This document shows, one piece after another, positions 27,944-36,098 of a stretch of DNA of 64,000 nt. Origin of the DNA: an uncultured virus (IMG/VR IMGVR_UViG_3300029951_000448) (taxonomy: Duplodnaviria > Heunggongvirae > Uroviricota > Caudoviricetes). The translations under genes were made by a program, and so were the position numbers. The notes under the pieces are model-generated. The model saw nothing but the letters and a program-made list of their open reading frames with translations, ran no database searches and had not been told where the DNA came from. Location of the stretch: the IMG/VR virus record IMGVR_UViG_3300029951_000448. The stretch is one strand, 5' to 3'. The number at the start of each line of letters is the position of its first letter. Within the stretch, counting starts at the first letter, position 1.

Positions 27944-28836
27944 TCGTCCGCCCAGTCAGTTCCGGTTTTCTCAGGGATACGTACCTCGGTCTTGATGCCC
28001 TTCAGCGAAAGGCGATTAGCAAGCGAGTACGCCGCTGTCTGGCCGGTGAAGTTCTCATCGTTATCGCCGAACACAATCAGGTGTTTCAGACCTTCGGGCG
28101 CTTCCCAGTCGCGCATACCGCCGGCAGAGATCGCAGCCCATACCGGCATGGCGAACAGCACAGAGGCGCGCAGGGCGGTTTCGATGCCTTCGGCGAGGCC
28201 AAGGCATTCAGCCATCGGTGCGAGACGGATGGCACCGGTCTTGATCGTTCCGGCCATCACTTTCTTAGGCTCGTCGACCGGCGCTTTGCCGCCTTGCCCA
28301 TCCAGCCAGGTACGGTGCATGGTCGAGGGCTTGCCATCGGGCATCGCTACCAGTGCCAGCATCGCCGGGTATGCCTGGCCTGCGTCATAGCGCAGGGAAG
28401 GGTGTAGGCGTATCGTATTCGGCACGTCTGCGATTCCGGTGCGGCGATTCAGGTACGTCCACACCACGTCGCCATGCTCCACGGCACGCGATTGCGAATA
28501 GACGCGGCGCAAATTCTGCTGCTTCTGTTCGTCGGTGAATTCCTGGCGCGGGGCGTCCTGTTTCGAGATTCCCAACACGCGCTCTACTTCTCGCGCCGCC
28601 TCGGCGAACGACCAACCGTTCAGCTTGCGCAGCAGGGAAAATCCGTCGCCGGCACCACATTTCGAACAGAACCACGACCCGCGGCCATCCTTGTTATCGA
28701 AGCGGTATCGGTCGGTTCCTTTGCACATAGGACAGGGGCCATGTTTCTTCGAAAGGAATTCGGACGCGACGCCTAGGGATATCAGGATCGACTCCCAGCG
28801 GTCTACGCAGAGATCGCCGATGCGTTCACGCTGCAC
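27940..28836 (-). CDS. Primase (Zn-binding domain + TOPRIM)
   Basis: HGPCPMCKGTDRYRFD..CSKCGAGDG; AEGIETAL; FGDND; TDWAD. Confidence 0.92.
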   Translation of the reverse strand: MQRERIGDLCVDRWESILISLGVASEFLSKKHGPCPMCKGTDRYRFDNKDGRGSWFCSKCGAGDGFSLLRKLNGWSFAEAAREVERVLGISKQDAPRQEFTDEQKQQNLRRVYSQSRAVEHGDVVWTYLNRRTGIADVPNTIRLHPSLRYDAGQAYPAMLALVAMPDGKPSTMHRTWLDGQGGKAPVDEPKKVMAGTIKTGAIRLAPMAECLGLAEGIETALRASVLFAMPVWAAISAGGMRDWEAPEGLKHLIVFGDNDENFTGQTAAYSLANRLSLKGIKTEVRIPEKTGTDWADE

Positions 28837-30580
28837 GTTTAGCCCCCTTGGCAAAGCGGATCATCTTGTGGGTAACGAAGTCCTTGGTCTCTTGCGATGG
28901 TTCGCAGGCGTTATCAAAAAGACCTTTTGGCCAGACGCCAAACTTGTCTTTGTACGTATGGCTTACCCAGCCGGTCGAATAACCGCGCATCGTGCGCAAA
29001 CCCAGGAGTTCGGAGTAGAACTGCTGCTTCTCTGCGGGCGTCGCCTTGCACTTCGTCTTTTCGAGCTTGACCAGCTCGCCGTCACCCTCGGCGATATCGT
29101 TCTGCTTTTCGGGAGCAAAACCGCATTGCGGGCATTTGTGGCCGACCTTCAGATACGAACACTTCGGGCATGCTTTTGGCAGTTTTTCCTTTGGCTTACT
29201 TTGCGAAGACTTCTTCGGCGTGCCGTCGTCCAGTTCCATCGGCATATCATCGGTGGGATAGCCGAGGCGCTTGGCTGTGCCCGAGTGATCGAGAATCAGC
29301 GCCTTCTCCTTGCCTTCGAAAATGCGCAGGACGCGACCGGCCATCTGGATATACCGAATCAGGCTGTTGGTCGGGCGAGCCAGGATCAGCGTCTTACAGG
29401 CCGGAAAATCCCAGCCTTCGCAAAGAATCCCAACGTTCGAAATGATCATGGTCCTGCCGCTCGTCACGCGCTGGAGAATTGCCTTGCGTTCGTCTTCCGG
29501 GGTGTACGAATCAATGTGTTCTGCTGCCACGCCGGCAGCTAGGAAGCGCTCCACGATGTGCTTGCTGTGCGCGATGTTCGATGCAAAGCAAACGGTCGGC
29601 GTGTCGTTAGCCAGGCGCTTCCAGTGGTGGACGATATCGCCGATCAGTTCCGTCTTGTCTGAGGCCTCGCCTGCGTCCTTGTCGGACCAGTCCAGTTCGC
29701 CCATGGGATTGCGAACCTGCTTGTAGCCGCTCATGTCCGGCTCACCAGGGGCGTACACGTCGCAATCAACCAGGAAACCGTCTTCGATCAACTCGGCAAT
29801 CGTCGTTGCCACAACCATCTTTTCGAACAGCGGGCCGCCGATTTCCGGAAAGGTTTTTCCTAGCCCCTTCGACCACGGCGTGGCCGAAAGTCCAAGGATC
29901 GGCTTGCCCTTGGCGAGTTCGATAATGCGGCGATAGTCCTTCGAACCGGCAACCGCGTGCGCCTCATCAATCACGATCAGGTCGCATTCCGGCAGCCCGC
30001 GCTTGGCGACGGTCTGGATCGAACAAACGATGATTTGCTGCCATTCGCCGCGGGTATTCGCGCCCTGGATAACGCCGCAATCGATACCCGAGCGATAGAA
30101 GCGACGATGCGCCTGCTCGACCAGGTGGATGCGATTGCACAGGAACGCGACGCGCTTGCCCTTGATGCGCGCGCCCTTGATGATCGACATGCCGATCTCA
30201 GTCTTGCCCGAGCCAGTGGGCGATGCGAGCATCAGGCGCAGATCGCCACCGGCCAGCGCAAGGCGCAATGCACGCACTGCGGAGGCTTGATACGGGCGTA
30301 GGCCATTCTCAGGATCATCCCGACCAAGGGAACGGGATTTTTCAGTTTCGCCGTTTTCGCTACCCCCAGTAGGAGTAGTAAGGTCTGCTGTAAAACCCTC
30401 TCCTTGGCTAGGGCTTTTAGGTAGTTTATGGCTATGGCTATGGATAAGGTTATTTTTGGGTTCCCACTCCGAACCCACATCGGAACCGAAAAATAACCCA
30501 TTGGGTTTTTCGGAGTCCTTAGCATGGTTTTGATTGAAAAACCCACTGGGTTCTTCTTGGGATATGTTTAGGTTATCCAT
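28826..30580 (-). CDS. SF2 DEAH helicase (RadD/YejH-like) with C-terminal Zn finger
   Basis: LRPYQ, SPTGSGKT, DEAH, LSATP, EGWDFP, QMAGRVLR, CPKC..CPQCG; ATG at 30580 has an AAGGA RBS. Confidence 0.92.
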   Translation of the reverse strand: MDNLNISQEEPSGFFNQNHAKDSEKPNGLFFGSDVGSEWEPKNNLIHSHSHKLPKSPSQGEGFTADLTTPTGGSENGETEKSRSLGRDDPENGLRPYQASAVRALRLALAGGDLRLMLASPTGSGKTEIGMSIIKGARIKGKRVAFLCNRIHLVEQAHRRFYRSGIDCGVIQGANTRGEWQQIIVCSIQTVAKRGLPECDLIVIDEAHAVAGSKDYRRIIELAKGKPILGLSATPWSKGLGKTFPEIGGPLFEKMVVATTIAELIEDGFLVDCDVYAPGEPDMSGYKQVRNPMGELDWSDKDAGEASDKTELIGDIVHHWKRLANDTPTVCFASNIAHSKHIVERFLAAGVAAEHIDSYTPEDERKAILQRVTSGRTMIISNVGILCEGWDFPACKTLILARPTNSLIRYIQMAGRVLRIFEGKEKALILDHSGTAKRLGYPTDDMPMELDDGTPKKSSQSKPKEKLPKACPKCSYLKVGHKCPQCGFAPEKQNDIAEGDGELVKLEKTKCKATPAEKQQFYSELLGLRTMRGYSTGWVSHTYKDKFGVWPKGLFDNACEPSQETKDFVTHKMIRFAKGAKRAA

Positions 30581-30590
30581 GGGATTGATC
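30450..30590. other. Putative replication origin (palindromic iterons)
   Basis: AACCCATTGGGTT at 30495 and AACCCACTGGGTT at 30540 plus degenerate copies, in an AT-richer stretch after DUF1376. Confidence 0.55.
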
Positions 30591-30917
30591 CTTGCGGGGC
30601 CTGCCGGGGCTTTTCTTACCGTTTTCGCGATTCGCCTCAGCCTTCGTTTTCGACTTGGCGATTTCCTCATCAATGCGCTTGTGGCGATATCCCTCTTCAG
30701 TCAGCGTGAAGAACCTGGACAGCACCTTGTCGACAGCCTCGCGATCCTTGGTAGTGAGCGCGCGAGTCATCGTGTACAGCTCATCCTTCTGAAGCGGCAA
30801 CGGCTCTTCGGACGAGTAATAACAATCGATCAGCCGGTTGTAAGCGCCGTCCTCGAGCATCGACAGCCGGAGCGTATCCCGCAGGTAGTCGCCCATGTAG
30901 CGCTTGTAAAAATTCAC
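30573..30917 (-). CDS. DUF1376/YdaU-family replication initiator domain
   Basis: MNFYKRYMGDYLRDTLRLSMLEDGAYNRLIDCYY..E.PLP...HKRIDEEI..ANRENGKK. Confidence 0.88.
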   Translation of the reverse strand: MNFYKRYMGDYLRDTLRLSMLEDGAYNRLIDCYYSSEEPLPLQKDELYTMTRALTTKDREAVDKVLSRFFTLTEEGYRHKRIDEEIAKSKTKAEANRENGKKSPGRPRKDQSHG

Positions 30918-31639
30918 TTGCCAAGGCCTTTTTCTGCTTCCATCCTGTGAATCTGATTTTCCGACCGCGCCAAAATCTCGACCCGCATCCGGCGCCAGAG
31001 TCGCGCACGTTCCGTCAGATCTGTAGCGAGAACCATCGCGGCGCCAAGCTGGTCTATGCGAGCCTCGCGCTCGGCGTCGGTGATTTCGTATTCGCGCGCA
31101 TTCATAGCGCCCCCTGAACCCGCATAACCAGCGCACAAACTGCCCAGAGCGCGAGGAATCCGCCGAGGACGAGGGAGGTGAGAATCAGTAGAGGTTTCAC
31201 AGCACACCCCCCATCAAACACTCCACGACGCCAGCAATAGCCAGTGCACAGAGCAGGGCAAGCGAGATGAAAAAGGTTACAGGCGACTCGAGAACCCGGT
31301 CGATGATGGAACGGTCGCGGGGCACGTAGCGCAGGCTGCGGTACCAGTGGTCGCGCTGCATGGCGGTGGTGACTGCGCCGTTGGTGGGAGTGTTGGTCAT
31401 GACGGATCCCTGAGGCCGCGCCACCGAAAGATGGGCAGGGCGGTGCGGCCACATATCGAGGCTTCCTTAGCGGCCTGCTCAGGCGATTTGCCGCTCCCGG
31501 CCCATTGCTTGCCGCTCCATGCGTTGTAGTACGGTCCGCCACAGCCGTCGTCGCTATCGCTTTCGGTTTCCGTCTGCGTCTCATAGACGCCCACGCGTGC
31601 AGGCGGCGTATCAACGGAAAACCATTCGGTCTTGTTCAT
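30914..31639 (-). other. Small hypothetical CDS (30914-31105, 31197-31400, 31397-31639)
   Basis: Coupled ORFs of the early-right operon. Confidence 0.55.
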
Positions 31640-31694
31640 GCCACACCCCGCGCACGGTATGAAGTGCCGACGATTCGCATTCCGATGTTGAGAT

Positions 31695-32498
31695 TCATTC
31701 CGCCACCCCGTATTTCTTTAGCTTCAGATAGAGCGTCTTGTCGGCGACGCCAAGAGACTTGGCAGTGATCCAGCGGACGCCTGAGAAATGTTTCAAGGTC
31801 GCCAGAATCACGCGCCGCTCCAGTGATTCAAGTGACTCGCCAATCTGGTATTCAAGGACTTCGGGCTCGAGCGGCAATATGCGCCCGTGGCCATAAGGGC
31901 CATCCGAGAATCCTTTTTGGACTGGGGTCGTTCCGTGATTCGCAAATTCACCATGCAGTTCGGTCGCTGCCTTGCAGTACGCGGCATGCGCCTCTTCTTC
32001 GGTATCGAAAACTCCAACTTTGATGGACTCCCCATTCGCTCTGATTGCGGCACGAAAGCGCGCGCCTTCTTTGTGAACACCCTTGTATTTGTTGCGCGTT
32101 CGATGTTTGGCCCTGTTGCGCATGTTGTCCGCATGCGTACAAATGCGGAGATTGCACACCCGGTTGTCACTTGGGTTTCCGTTGATGTGATCAACCTCGC
32201 GCGGATCGCCGGCGAACAAACCCATAATCAAGCGATGCATCGCTATGTTCTTGGGGATGCCAGGCAGTAGAGCCGTGCCACGCGCATAACCCAGGCCATT
32301 TATGCTCCATGAGTAGGGGGCAACTAGATCGAAGTTTTCGCGATCGAACAGAACGACGCGCCCGCTCCGCGTATGGATCCGCACAACGGGCTCATCTTTA
32401 CCGATAGAGCATTCGTCATCGCTGCAAGACTGACCGACAAAGTGAGTTGCCCGCACTTCGTGGTGCCCGTCGCGCGGGCCGGATTCGACTGTGCTCAT
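31695..32498 (-). CDS. HNH-AP2 endonuclease fused to a Fis-type HTH
   Basis: MHRLIMG..VDHINGNPSDNRVCNLR; AP2 YKGV..F.TEEEAHAAY..LHGEFA; C-terminal LERRVILATL..TAKSLGVADKTLYLKLKKYG. Confidence 0.85.
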   Translation of the reverse strand: MSTVESGPRDGHHEVRATHFVGQSCSDDECSIGKDEPVVRIHTRSGRVVLFDRENFDLVAPYSWSINGLGYARGTALLPGIPKNIAMHRLIMGLFAGDPREVDHINGNPSDNRVCNLRICTHADNMRNRAKHRTRNKYKGVHKEGARFRAAIRANGESIKVGVFDTEEEAHAAYCKAATELHGEFANHGTTPVQKGFSDGPYGHGRILPLEPEVLEYQIGESLESLERRVILATLKHFSGVRWITAKSLGVADKTLYLKLKKYGVAE

Positions 32499-32526
32499 GA
32501 TTTATGGTCGCCTGTGGTTTGGTGGC

Positions 32527-32892
32527 TTACGCGGCTCGTTGTGCGATGACTTCTTCCATGATGGTCAAGCCGCGGTCCCGCATCTCAAACTGAGAGACGC
32601 CGCGCCAGCCGGTGTACTGCTCAAACAACTTCACGTACTGCGATTGCATGTCCATTGGAGCCTTGGTGCGACTGTTCAGGCAACGCGACAGGTGCGGCGC
32701 ATGCATGCCGGTGAAGCGGGCACACATGGATTGATCGTCTGGCTCATTCATCCCGCGCTTCGGGCGATTGGCCCAGCACCAGGACACTGCATCGCGCTTG
32801 CATGACCACGAGGCGACCACTTCGCCGCTAGCGAACTGAATCGTCGGAAGGCCTTGGAGCCACGGCATTTCAGCTTGATAGTTATTTTTCAT
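32527..32892 (-). CDS. CII-like regulator
   Basis: Position after cro; HTH-like CARFTGMHAPHLSRCLN. Confidence 0.55.
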   Translation of the reverse strand: MKNNYQAEMPWLQGLPTIQFASGEVVASWSCKRDAVSWCWANRPKRGMNEPDDQSMCARFTGMHAPHLSRCLNSRTKAPMDMQSQYVKLFEQYTGWRGVSQFEMRDRGLTIMEEVIAQRAA

Positions 32893-32978
32893 GGGGTTAC
32901 AGGTAGCTTTACAGGTTGGTGTGGACCTAAATTAAAGGCGCCCCAAGGACGCCAACTAAAAACAGGACTACTAACGTG

Positions 32979-33257
32979 TCAAACCGAAACCATTGGGGCC
33001 ATCTTTTCGTCGCCCACCGTACCGCCAGGATTGTTCTGGGCGTCGTCGCTGGACTTGATGCGGTCAATCAGGTCCGTCATGAACAACTCAGGAAACTTAA
33101 TCTTCACGTCCGATGGGATTCCCCGGCCACGCCAGTTTTGAACGCGTTGAACACCGCCGCTCGTCTTGTCGTAGCCCAGCCTCTCGGCAACTTTCGTGGG
33201 GCCGCCAAGGGCGTCGATGACCTTGCTGTCGGGATGAAGTTTGGTGTGTTTGCTCAT
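32979..33257 (-). CDS. cro: Cro-like repressor
   Basis: IDALGGPTKVAERLG...VQNWRGRGIP; divergent from cI. Confidence 0.85.
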   Translation of the reverse strand: MSKHTKLHPDSKVIDALGGPTKVAERLGYDKTSGGVQRVQNWRGRGIPSDVKIKFPELFMTDLIDRIKSSDDAQNNPGGTVGDEKMAPMVSV

Positions 33258-33268
33258 GGTGCCTTCAT

Positions 33269-33322
33269 TAAACACCATGTTTAAGAAAAAAGCAAACACC
33301 GCGTGTATCAACAAGGCGTTTA
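33269..33322. promoter_or_regulatory. OR operator region (three 15-bp imperfect palindromes)
   Basis: TAAACACCATGTTTA, CAAACACCGCGTGTA and TCAACAAGGCGTTTA between cro and cI; match the OL sites. Confidence 0.8.
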
Positions 33323-33341
33323 CTCGGGGGAGAATCGCGTC

Positions 33342-34118
33342 ATGGAAAAAGTGATGCACGAGACTGCCCGCCGGCTCTTTGAGGCGGCAAAACTGGTCCG
33401 GCCAGAAATTGATGGTCCGGCAGATTTGGCGCGCGCCCTGAATCAGAGCGAACAAACCATCAACAATTGGTCATATCGCGGCGAGAATGGCGTCTCGAGG
33501 GACGGGAGGCTGATAGCGCAGAAGGAATTGGGAATTAGCGCCATATGGATTAAGGAGGGCATCGGGCCAATGCTTGTTTCGCCAAAGCACAATTCCAATA
33601 TTCCCGATGCATCAATCACCGCACAAGAACGGGGCGTGATTGTCGATTTGCAGTCCAGGCGCAGCAGTACCCTAGAAAAACCGAATACAGAGCCTGGGCC
33701 AGACATCAAGGGAAAATACCCGTTGATCTCCTGGGTACAGGCCGGAGCCTGGGAGACGATAGTGGATAATTTTGCGCCGGGCGATGCCGAACAATGGCTA
33801 GGCGCTGCGGTAAATGTTTCTGATTCTTCGTTTTATCTCCGCGTCCGCGGCGAGAGCATGTTTGACCCGATGGATCACCGATCCTTTCGTGATGGCGAGT
33901 TGGCGCTTATCGACCCGAATGCCACCGCCGAGAACGGATCTCTCGTAGTCGTCCGCCTCGACGATGAAGCTGAGGCCACTTTCAAGCAGCTCATCATTGA
34001 GGGCGACCGCAAGTATCTGAAAGCCCTCAACCCGAACTGGCCCAACCGGATCTTCGAGGTCAACGGGAACGCTACTATCTGCGGCGTGGTGAAGGGCAAG
34101 TTCGTCGGGGGGTACTGA
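33342..34118 (+). CDS. cI: CI repressor (HTH + S24 autopeptidase)
   Basis: LARALNQSEQTINNW; PLISWVQAG cleavage site; VRGESM and ATFKQL catalytic Ser/Lys. Confidence 0.95.
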   Translation: MEKVMHETARRLFEAAKLVRPEIDGPADLARALNQSEQTINNWSYRGENGVSRDGRLIAQKELGISAIWIKEGIGPMLVSPKHNSNIPDASITAQERGVIVDLQSRRSSTLEKPNTEPGPDIKGKYPLISWVQAGAWETIVDNFAPGDAEQWLGAAVNVSDSSFYLRVRGESMFDPMDHRSFRDGELALIDPNATAENGSLVVVRLDDEAEATFKQLIIEGDRKYLKALNPNWPNRIFEVNGNATICGVVKGKFVGGY

Positions 34119-34346
34119 CGAGCACTGGAAGTGCCGGAGGCGGTGAGGGCCTTGATAGCCCGTTTCCTGCGCGGATTACTTTGTGTTAATCGCGGTGAAA
34201 AACGACGTCACTGCGCGCCGTAGCATGCAAGGCTAGCCTTTACTCCTCCCTGCTGAATGCCGTAGAATAGTTGCATATGTCGGCATCTGCTCGTCTGTTG
34301 ATTTTGGGGAGGGATGGCGCGCCTGCAACACCCACCGGAGGTAATT

Positions 34347-34526
34347 ATGACGACGAATACCAAAATCACGGAACTGTACGGCGTGCAGTTGAAGCCGCGC
34401 GTGATCATTCGCCCGAAGTCCTCTGTGGATGTCTCGACCCCGGCGGCAAAATCCGAAGTGCTTCGCTCGATCCGAAAGGTGATTTCCGCGCACCGCGACG
34501 TATTAGTGGCGTTGAAGGACCGTTGA
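34347..34526 (+). CDS. Putative antitoxin (Phd-like neutralising tail)
   Basis: GGAGG RBS; abuts doc; C-terminal HRDVLVALKDR resembles Doc-antitoxin tails. Confidence 0.65.
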   Translation: MTTNTKITELYGVQLKPRVIIRPKSSVDVSTPAAKSEVLRSIRKVISAHRDVLVALKDR

Positions 34527-34910
34527 GTGTTGGAGCTGCAATACGTCATTACGACGCACGATGAAATAATTGTAGAGCTTGGCGGTCTCGGCGGGAACGG
34601 GCCTGGCGGCTTGGGCGGTATAGAATCGGCGCTCGCGCGTGTCGATAATCACGCGCGCTACAACGGCATTGACGATGTGTTCGGGATCGCCGCGATGTAC
34701 ACGGTTGCGATCGCAAGAGGGCATATATTCAATGATGCCAACAAACGCACCGGCCTCACGTGCGCCCTCGCGTATCTGGAGCGGGAAGGAGTTGATATCC
34801 CGCGAACACCCGAACTCGAAAATGTCGTGGTGCGTGTCGCGAAAGGCGAGATCGAGCACGAACAGTTCGCCTCCTACTTGAGCGCCTTGTGGGAGCAAGG
34901 GCAAGCCTAG
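34527..34910 (+). CDS. doc: Doc-family (Fic) toxin
   Basis: IESALAR...HIFNDANKRT Doc-type motif. Confidence 0.9.
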   Translation: MLELQYVITTHDEIIVELGGLGGNGPGGLGGIESALARVDNHARYNGIDDVFGIAAMYTVAIARGHIFNDANKRTGLTCALAYLEREGVDIPRTPELENVVVRVAKGEIEHEQFASYLSALWEQGQA

Positions 34911-34931
34911 GCCTCCCCCATGCCCGTTTTC

Positions 34932-34958
34932 AAAGCCCAGCCCCGCGCTGGGCTTTTT
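34932..34958 (+). terminator. Terminator (probably bidirectional)
   Basis: AAAGCCCAGC-CCCGC-GCTGGGCTTTTT between convergent genes. Confidence 0.8.
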
Positions 34959-35155
34959 CATATCTTCGCTGTCCGGAACACTTCCGGGTAACTCAGCCTC
35001 ACCAGCCGCGCGCCGGCATCTACCAATACCCGCATTTCCCGGTCACTGAGCATCCGCTCCAGCTCGGCCAGCACATCCGCATACCTCTCGATCGGCGCCC
35101 ACTTTCCCTCGGGTTCGACCTCGGTCATCCGTAGCAATACCTCTTCTCGCGTCAT
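34958..35155 (-). CDS. Hypothetical protein
   Basis: AGGAG RBS before MTREEVLLRM. Confidence 0.6.
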   Translation of the reverse strand: MTREEVLLRMTEVEPEGKWAPIERYADVLAELERMLSDREMRVLVDAGARLVRLSYPEVFRTAKI

Positions 35156-35236
35156 GGCGGACTCCTGATGATCGCTCCAGTCTAGGACGCACGACGGCAC
35201 GCATCCATCGGCTGTTACACATTTCCTCAAAAATAT

Positions 35237-35277
35237 TAAACGTGGTGTTTGACATCTGTATAAACGTGGTGTTTAAT
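35237..35277 (+). promoter_or_regulatory. pL promoter with two OL operators
   Basis: TTGACA-17 bp-TTTAAT overlapped by TAAACGTGGTGTTTG and TAAACGTGGTGTTTA. Confidence 0.85.
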
Positions 35278-35328
35278 AGAGTCACTGAGCAGCACAACAC
35301 ACCACCCAACCAGGACAGGAGAGCGAGC

Positions 35329-35583
35329 ATGGAAAACACGCAAGCGCCGAAGACCGTGATCCGCATCGGGCACCCGGCATATAGCGGCGCGAACGCTGCC
35401 AAGTACTGCTTCAGCAAGTCGGCCGCCGTTCGTGAACTTCGCAACCGCGGTGTCAAGCGTGACGTTGCTCGCGCCAAGGTCAACGGCGTGATGACGAAGT
35501 TCGGCGGCTACGCGACGCTCAGCGAAGGTCTGGGCGATGTGATCGAGGTTGGCAACTACACCGGCGACTATCAGCCGTTTTAA
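35329..35583 (+). CDS. First pL gene, basic hypothetical protein
   Basis: AGGAG RBS; highly biased codons. Confidence 0.75.
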   Translation: MENTQAPKTVIRIGHPAYSGANAAKYCFSKSAAVRELRNRGVKRDVARAKVNGVMTKFGGYATLSEGLGDVIEVGNYTGDYQPF

Positions 35584-35597
35584 CAAAGGAGAGATTG

Positions 35598-35987
35598 ATG
35601 AGCTACGTAACCCCGCCGAATAACCCGTCCGATGCAACGGCGCTCGGAATGGGTCGTATGTCGGACATTGGAGATCGCGCCGAGCCGCAACGCGATGAGT
35701 CTCAAGCGATGGCTGAGATGCCGCGCTACCGCTGCCACAAGGAAGTCTGGGCGCTGAAGATCGCGAAGCTGGAACTGGACGTGACGCTGGCTGTCGCTGA
35801 AGATCGCGAGACGACTGGCGGCGCATGGATCACGCCGGACGAGGAGGGCTACGCGAAGTTCCATGTCCCCTCGCTGTACGTTGCCAAGCACGCTCCGCAC
35901 GAAGGCGGCTATTACGTGGTCTATCCGGACGGCTACAAGTCGTACTCGCCGGCAGCTGCATTCGAAGAAGGCTACGCCCGTATCTAG
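35598..35987 (+). CDS. Conserved phage protein (GGYYVVYxDGYxSxSPxxxFExGY domain)
   Basis: AAGGAG RBS; motif MPRYRCHKEVWALKI...GGYYVVYPDGYKSYSPAAAFEEGY. Confidence 0.8.
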   Translation: MSYVTPPNNPSDATALGMGRMSDIGDRAEPQRDESQAMAEMPRYRCHKEVWALKIAKLELDVTLAVAEDRETTGGAWITPDEEGYAKFHVPSLYVAKHAPHEGGYYVVYPDGYKSYSPAAAFEEGYARI

Positions 35988-36098
35988 TTGTCCGCAGCGA
36001 GAAGCCTTCGGGTTTCTCGGTGCGAGATAGCACCGAATCACCCGCCGTCTAACGGTGGTCGCTCCGGCAAAGCCGGGTAGGCGGAACGTGGCATAACA

